From NCBI GenBank assembly GCA_965240325.2, contig OZ251250.1:434001-498000 (forward strand): DNA of 64,000 nt, given 5' to 3'. Under the pieces are notes generated by a model, which saw only the letters and a list, made by a program, of their open reading frames with translations, had not been told where the DNA came from and did no database searches. This document shows positions 56,768 to 64,000 of this stretch, piece by piece; position 1 is the first letter of the stretch, and every line of letters begins with the position of its first letter. Source of the stretch: Rebecca billardiae RCC1528. Taxonomy: Eukaryota > Protista > Haptophyta. Made by a program: the position numbers and the translations under genes.

Positions 56768-58267
56768 GAGGCGGCCGCGAGCATGTGGCAGGCTGCGCCC
56801 ATCTCGCGGCGGCGCGCGCGCGTCGGCCGGCTGCGCGACCGGCGAGCGCTGCCGCCGGGGCTGGCGGCGGCGCGCGGCGGCGGCGCGGAGGCGGGCGCGC
56901 GCGGTGGGGGCGGTGGCGCCCGCGCCGGCCGCGCGGGCAGCCCTCCCGGCGCGGACGATGGCGGACTGTCTGATAGCTCGGATGGCTCGTTCGAGCGCGC
57001 CTCCTCCGCCGAGGGCTCGGAGGCGGAGGAAGATTCCGAGAACGTTCGCGCCGCCGACGACGACGGCTCGCAGGTGGCGGAGGCGGTGCGGCTGGTGCGC
57101 GTGGTGGCGGCGCGCGTGGCGCGCGCCTCAGCCGACCCGATCGCCCACTGGGACGCCGCGGGCCGCGCGGCGCTGCGGCATATGCTCAGGGCACGGCTCC
57201 AACTGACTCGCTCGGGCGAGCTCTGCGCGAGCGCTCTTGCCGACGCGGACGCGGACGCGGACGCGGGCGGCGGAGACGGATGGGGCGCGGACGCGGCAGC
57301 AGGCGGCGGGGGCGGCGCGCCGACGCACGCCGCGGAGCTGCGCGATGAGCTGCCAGGTGTCGGCGCGCGCGAGCGCATCGTTCGCCGGCTGGCGCGGCGC
57401 GGCGCGCGGCACGCGCTGGCGCGCGCGCGCGGCGCGGCCGCGGCGGCCGCGGCCGCGCGCGGCGGCGAGGGCCGAGAGCGCACGGTCGCGCGGCTGCTCA
57501 GCCTGGTGCGCCACGCGCGGAGCATCGCGCTTGCGGTGGTGGGCCGGCCCGGCGCGCGCCGCCGCGCCGCCGCCAGCCTCGGCGACGTGTTCGACCGCTT
57601 CGGCCCGCGCGCGTGCGTCGGGCTCGCCGGCCGCATCGTGTGCCAGGAAGTTTCCATGACCCTTCTCTTCGAGCTCGCCGACGTGGCGGGCGCGTGGCTC
57701 ACGGACGGCGCGGTGGTGCAGCTGCTGACGGAGCTGGGCTCGCTCGACGCGCTGCTGCAGGCGCACGCCGCGCCCGGGAGCCGCGTAACCGTCGGCGTAA
57801 CCGTCGGCGTAACCGTCGGCGCCGCGCGGCCGCCGCGCCCGGGCGGCGCGGGCGCGCACGCCGGCCGCGGCGCCGACGGTTACGCCGACGGTTACGCCGA
57901 CGGTTACGCCGGCGGGTGCGCCGGCGGTTACGGGGACGAGCGCGACCTGCTCCGCGCGGACGGCACGCAGGACGTCGTGACGCCCTCGCTGATGGAGTCC
58001 GGTGTGGTACCTGGGATGTGGGCGGCGTGGCTCGACGCGCAGCGCCGCACGCTCGCTGCAGGCGTGCGCTCGGTGGTGGCCCACGAGCAATGGCTGCCGC
58101 TGAGCCCCGGCGGCGACGGCCTCGGCGACGACGGCGAGGGCGGCGACGCTGGGCCGGGCGAAGGCGCGGGCGGCGGCGGCGCGGGCACGGGCTCGCCGCC
58201 CTGGTGCGCTCTCCTTCTCCACGCGCCCTCCTCCGGCGAGGAGGCGGAGGCGGCGGGATGGGACGGC

Positions 58268-58300
<33 letters not shown>

Positions 58301-58302
58301 TT

Positions 58303-58336
<34 letters not shown>

Positions 58337-61048
58337 TTCGGCGGCGGCTCGGAGGAAGGCGCGCGCGCCGGCGGCGCGGGCGCGCAGCAGCAGCAGCAGG
58401 CGCTGTGGGGAGCGGCGCGGTGGCGCGGCGGCGGCGTGCGGGGTGGCGCGCCCCACGCCGCGCCGCGCGCGCGCCCGCCGCCGCCCGGCGCGGCGCTCTA
58501 CTCACATTCCGTCGTGGACTTACTCACATTGCTCCACGCCGCCGTCGACATTTTTGCCAAGGTGGCCTCGGCCGGGTGCGGCGCGGCGCCGGCGCACACG
58601 ACCGCCATGCTGGAGCTGGTGGCGTGCGCCGTGCGCGAGTACTCGGCGCAGCTGCTCGGCGCGGCGGGCGTGCGCGACGCGCGCGAGCTGCTGCCCGAGC
58701 CGCCGCCGCCGGCGCCGCCGCCGCCGGCACAGCGCGGCGCTCGCGCAAGGCTGTGGCTTGATCCCAGCGGCGCGGACGGCGTGGCCTTGCCGCTGCCGCC
58801 GCCGCCGCCGCCGCCCGCCGCGCTCGGCGCGGGCCTCGCGTCCGCAGAGGCGCTGGCGGACGAGCCCGCGCACTGGCCCGTGCTGCTCTCAAACCTCTAC
58901 TGCGCCGCGCAGGGCTTTGTGGAGCTGAGCGCAAAGCTCGACGCCGTGCGATGTGTGCTGCGCGCCGCCGCCGCTTCGGAGCGCGCCGCCGCCGCTGCGG
59001 AGCCGGGCGGCGGCGGCGGCGGCGGCGGCAGTGGCAGCGCGCAGCCATCGGCGGCAGCGGCGACGGCGCGGCGCACGCGCGCAGCCCCCGGCGCGCACGC
59101 CCCCGCGTCGCACGCCGCGGCGCGCGGCGGCACCACCCTCGTCGCGGACGCGTCTCGCGCCGCCGCCGTCGCCGCCGAGCGCTCGCGGCTCGCGCGGCGG
59201 CGCGCGGCGCTGCAGGCGGACACGTGCGCCGCGCTGCGCGGCGCGCTGCGCGGCGCGTGCGAGTACGTGGCCACGCGGCGCGCGGCGTGGACGCTCTGGC
59301 CGGTGGGCGGCGGCCGGCTCTTCCTCCCCGCGCCGGGGCACCGCGACGGCACGGCGCGAGCACTCTGTCGCGGCCTGCGACGCACGCTCCGGGCGTGGCA
59401 GTGCGGCGGCCATGCTGGCGCGCGCTTCGGCCGCTCCCGGACTCCGGTCGATCCGGGCGCGTTCGCCGAGCTGCAGCATGCGCTGCTGCGCGCTGCGCTG
59501 GCCGTGTTCGAGCGCGCGCTGCTCGACGGCGGCACCGCGCGGCTCTTCGACGTCGACGACGCACCCTATGTGCACGTGCGCGCAGCGCGCGCCGCACGCG
59601 CCGCGCCGCACGCGCCGTCGTGTGCTGCGAGCCGCGCGCCGCGTGCGCACACCCGCGCTGCGAGCGCGCGGCGGCCGCGCGCCGCGCGCCCCGCTGGGGC
59701 CCTCCTACACCCATGCACATCCCACGGCCACGTACGCACCCTGAACCCGCAGGCGGCGCTGAGCTCGATCCTGGCCATCTTCAACGGCAGGGTGCGTACC
59801 GACGAGCTCGAGCACGCCGCGGCGCGCGCGCTCGGACTCACGCGGCTGTGCGCCACGGAATCGGAGGGTCTGATTCTCCTGCATCAAACGTGGTGGGACG
59901 GGCGCGGCGGCGGCGCGAGCGGCGGCGGCGGCGGCGGCGGCGGCGCGCCGGGCAGCTCGGCGCGGGGCGACGGTGGCGCGGCCGGCGGCGGCGGTGCCTG
60001 CCCGCATGGCAGCAGCGCTCAGCCTGCCACCCAACCCGCGCCACCGTCGAGCGCTGATGGGGCCGCGACCGCCGCCGCCGCCGCCGCCGCGGCCGAGCTC
60101 CGGGCCGCCATGCTCAAGTCCGGTGTGCACCGGATCGACGTCGGGAAGGTCCTGCTGCATCGCGGCGGCGACGGCGGGCGCGCGCGCGCCTGGGCGCTTG
60201 CCAACGCCGCGGAGCTCGCCCCGCCCGCGCCCGCCGCCACGTCGTCAGACGGGCGCCCGCTGATGCCGGCGCTGCTCGCGCGCGCCGGGCACGGGGTGCT
60301 GGACGCCGGCTCGCGCGCGGGCTCGGTGAGCTGGCTCGCGGCTCTGCACCTCGGCGGCAGCCTGGCCAGCTTGCAGCTCGGCGGTGGCACGGGCGCAGGC
60401 GCGGCCAATAAGGGAGATGGTATCTCCCTGAGGGGAGATGGTATCTCCCTGAGGGGAGATAGTATCTCCCTAGGCGCGGCGTCTTCCGACCAGGGCGGCC
60501 TGGCGGGTGACCACTGCGCGGCGTGCGTGCCGCCGGTGCAGCCGCAGCCGCCGCCGCAGCCGCGGGGCGAGGCGGAGGGCGGTCGCGCGGGGCCAGCCGC
60601 GCCGCCGCAGCCGGCGCCGGTGCACGCCGCTGTGCCGCAGGACCCGCCGCAGCGCCCACCGCCCGTTTCGCCAGGTACCTTCCCGGCAACTACGCCCCCG
60701 CCCAGCACCCTGCGCTCGCCCCTCGCCGGTGGGGCGGGGGCTGCGGGGGCTGCGGTCGGGAGCAGACGGCCTGGCATCCCGAGCCAAGGCGGGAGAGGGT
60801 CGCAGCACGCCGTCGTGACCGCCACTGCGACCGCCGCCGCCTCCGCCGATGCCACCGCCTCGGCTACATGCCACGTGCCAGGCCCCGCAGGCGCCGCCGA
60901 GGCGGCGGCCACCGCGCACGGCGCCGGCGACGGCGGTGGGCCGAAGCGGCCGTCAGCTGGCGCGGCCTCGAGCGCAGTGTCGCTCGTGGCGGGCAGCCTC
61001 GCCGCCGCGTGCGGGCGCGTCGCAGACACGGTCGCCCGGCGCCATTAG
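54575..61048 (+). CDS. DUF810/PATROL1-like Munc13-homology (MUN) protein; probable in-frame intron 59576-59752
   Basis: Ordered blocks ELLRLIRTQLGIS, FEAWLARQLQVI, YPPRL..ATFD, WLDAQ..EQWLPLS, SHSVVDLL, VLLSNL, ALLDGGTARLFDVDDA, KVLLHR separated by low-complexity inserts. Confidence 0.7.
57783..57909. repeat. Perfect 44-bp inverted repeat built from 12-bp tandem units, inside coding sequence
   Basis: 57783-57826 (GTAACCGTCGGC x3) is the exact reverse complement of 57866-57909. Confidence 0.95.
60411..60471. repeat. Three 21-bp tandem units, each a hairpin, inside coding sequence
   Basis: GGGAGAT-RGT-ATCTCCC repeated three times. Confidence 0.9.
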
Positions 61049-61227
61049 TCTAATCAGTGATTAGTCAGGCATCATGCGCCGCCGCCACATATGACTCATC
61101 ATCAGTTATATTCACGGCCACATGGCAACCGCCGCGCCGGCGCGCCGCCATTGGACACTGGCTCACAGTCACGCCAGTCACACACGACCTCCCTTGGTCA
61201 CTCATCACAGTAGTGGCGGTACCGCCA

Positions 61228-61461
<234 letters not shown>

Positions 61462-61540
61462 AATATTCGCCTACAGGGGGAGCCTGATACTGTAGTCATA
61501 CTCATATAGCTATATATATAGCTATATATATATATATATA

Positions 61541-63082
61541 GCGCGCGAGATGGCTGCAGCCGGGCTCGTGGCCCTGCGTCGCCGGCGGCGGCGGCTCGCA
61601 CGCGGGTGGCGCGTCGCGTGCACCGACCAACATCTTTCGGCAACTCAGCGGTAAGCAACGCTCCGCATCGCGCCCCCTCGCGCTTCGGGCCACCGCCTCT
61701 TCTCTCTCTGCGTGCGTGCGCACTTTGTCTCTTCCGCACCCCCGATCGCCACCGTTCCCTCTTCGCCACATGCCTCCTCCTCCGTGGGTGCGCCCCCACG
61801 CGGATCGCTGCTCCATCTCTCCCGCCCTGCCTCGGGATCGCCCCGGTGCCAACGCCAGCCGGCTCCTACACAAGGACCGCTGGCGGCACACCGCGCGCCG
61901 GGCCCCGTGCGCACCCGCGGGCCATTCACAGCATCCGCAAAGGCCGTCTAGCCTTCTCCTGCTTCCGCAGCGCCGCGCCCGCGGGGCGGGCTGCCTGCTA
62001 TCTCTCCTCTTCGGGTTCCATCTCACTCGCACTGCCCCACCTGCCCAGCCCCCGCTGGCCGGCCCTCGTGCGTGCGCGACTCACACGTGCCTTGCCCCTT
62101 TCCTTCCCATCACTCAATGGGATTTCTCCTCCACGCGGTGCTCCCCAACACACCATGAAACGGGATCACTCACGCACCGCGTCTCGTCGACGGCGAGCGG
62201 CATGCCCACCGCATCTGCTGCCGCTCGCCAAGGCATGAGGACACGTAAATCCCACTGAGTAGGAACACACGCAGCCGCCTCGGCATCGACATGCCAGGCG
62301 GCGTGCCCACCTTCGGCCAGCAGTTGGCGTCGGCGTTCACGAGGACGGCTAGACGTGGGGTTATTGGTACAATAACTGATTGTCTAAGAGGACGACAAGA
62401 ACGCCGGGCGCCAGCGCCGCTCATCAGCCACATCGCCCTCTACCAGACCATCGCCTCAAAGCGCTGCTCCCGGACAAACAGTCTGTCCGGGTTTGTCGCC
62501 GCGGAGATCTGCTGTTTCCGGCGCCCCCTGGCTGCTTCGCCAGGCGCGGGCGCGCGAGATGGCTGCAGCCGGGCTCGTGGCCCTGCGTCGCCGGCGGCGG
62601 CGGCTCGCACGCGGGTGGCGCGTCGCGTGCACCGACCAACATCTTTCGGCAACCCGCCCACCCAGGGCCCGTTGGTCTGGTGCTCGGGCGGCGGGACCAC
62701 AACACCCGCCGTCCGACCGCCCGGTCCTGCGGCGCTGCACTTAGGGCTCATGTGACCCCCTGCCTCCCAACACGATTGGGTTTTTCAGGTTAAGATGTTG
62801 GTCGGTGCACGCGACGCGCCACCCGCGTGCGAGCCGCCGCCGCCGGCGACGCAGGGCCACGAGCCCGGCTGCAGCCATCTCGCGCGCCCGCGCCTGGCGA
62901 AGCAGCCAGGGGGCGCCGGAAACAGCAGATCTCCGCGGCGACAAATCCGGACAGACTGTTTGTCCGGGAGCAGCGCTTTGAGGCGATGGTCTGGTAGAGG
63001 GCGATGTGGCTGATGAGCGGCGCTGGCGCCCGGCGTTCTTGTCGTCCTCTTAGACAATCAGTTATTGTACCAATAACCCCAC
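61541..63082. mobile_element. Composite cluster of the A/B repeat family between TA tracts, including a foldback with about 290-bp arms
   Basis: Partial B(-) 61541-61644, unique 61645-62166, A(-) 62167-62354, B(-) 62355-62653, spacer, B(+) 62792-63082. Confidence 0.8.
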
Positions 63083-63176
63083 ATATAGCTATATATATAT
63101 ATATATATATATACTACGGTTCGTCGAGTCTGAAACGCACGACGCTCCAGACGCCCAAGGTGCGCATCTCGCGGCC

Positions 63177-63546
63177 GCGCGCGCGTTGGCGGGCGCGGCG
63201 CGTGGTCGGACACTCACACGGCATCACGGCCACGGGCACGGGCGCGGGAATATAAGGGGCGTGAACGCGGACCGCAGCAGCAGTGACATCCGCGGAGCCA
63301 CCGGCAAGCGCGCCGGACAGCGCGCGGGTGCACCCGACCAAATGCCCGACCTCCAGCTGGCGCACAAAATCGCACACGCATCCGCAGCCTTATCCGGGGG
63401 CGCGCGCGTTGGCGGGCGCGGCGTGGTCGGACACGGGCGCGGAAAGGGGAACGCGCACCGCAGTGACATCCGCAAAGCCGTCGGCAAGCGCGCCGGACAG
63501 CGAGCGGGTGCACCCGACCAAATGCCCGCCCCACACCTGTCGCACA
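63177..63546 (+). repeat. Diverged direct duplication (63177-63366 and 63400-63546)
   Basis: Shared CGCGCGTTGGCGGGCGCGGCG..GTGACATCCGC..CGGCAAGCGCGCCGGACAGCG..GGGTGCACCCGACCAAATGCCC. Confidence 0.85.
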
Positions 63547-64000
63547 CTGGCGTGGTACGGCTCACGTCGTTGACGGATGCCCTAAGACTGCCTCGGCACC
63601 TTGTGTAGTCTGTAGATCTGTGTTCAAATGCTCACCAAGCTGGCTCGCAGAGCTTGTGGCAGTGCCTAGCGTGCAAGAAGCTGCTACCAGTGGTGCCATA
63701 GCACTCAAGACCCGGCCGTGACGCATGGGGCTAGTCGGGTAGGCTGATCTGTGCTATCGGTGACCAGAAAAGCAGTTCGATCAGTGATCTGTGACTCTGG
63801 AAGTGTCGTGCGGCACACACCGTTTGAAACGCGAGCCGCGGCGCGTGCCAAACGTGACCACTTTCAGGCGGCGTGCGGGGTTGGACGTCCAGCGCGCGTG
63901 TACGTATACATTGTGCACACATATCCCCACCTCCCCGAGCCATCTCCTCGCGCCCAGGCTGCCCATATGTCGAGTCGGCTGGCAGGAAGTGACCGCTCGC

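Noticed and set aside
60411-60471. CRISPR-like palindromic repeats
   Set aside because: No spacers, only three units, eukaryotic exon, no cas genes.
62167-62360. Canonical Helitron 3' end (CTAG)
   Set aside because: CTAG is followed by AC rather than T, no TC start at the other end, and no convincing hairpin at the expected distance.

Overview
Very GC-rich, gene-dense, intron-containing eukaryotic nuclear DNA. By inference it is a haptophyte-type alga (GTGCG-type donors, GCAG acceptors, TTAGGG-type repeats, a GPCR-PIP kinase, plastid- and mitochondrion-targeted proteins). I can support about 20 protein genes: a GT8+GT2-like glycosyltransferase fusion missed by the ORF track, an Sfi1-like repeat protein, a GT29 sialyltransferase-like protein, a CycH-C-like protein, an MscS channel, a UvrD/Srs2 helicase, a multi-TM TIR-like protein, an uncharacterised membrane protein, a hemerythrin, an EF-hand membrane protein, a Cys-rich PAN-like protein, a CaaX LRR protein, two TMEM65 paralogues with different sensory tails bracketing a pseudokinase and PDH E1-alpha, a GPCR-PIP5K fusion head-to-head with an OSR1/STRAD-like pseudokinase, and a PATROL1/DUF810 Munc13-like protein. 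Non-coding features are long (TA)n tracts with an associated repeat family, a 1.9 kb element with 13-bp TIRs, a tRNA-derived Pol III relic, telomere-like tracts and a long hairpin inside introns, palindromic insertions inside coding sequence, and one 100-N gap. Most long Ala/Arg/Pro ORFs in the track are shadow frames. All family calls are by eye from motifs; no searches were run.
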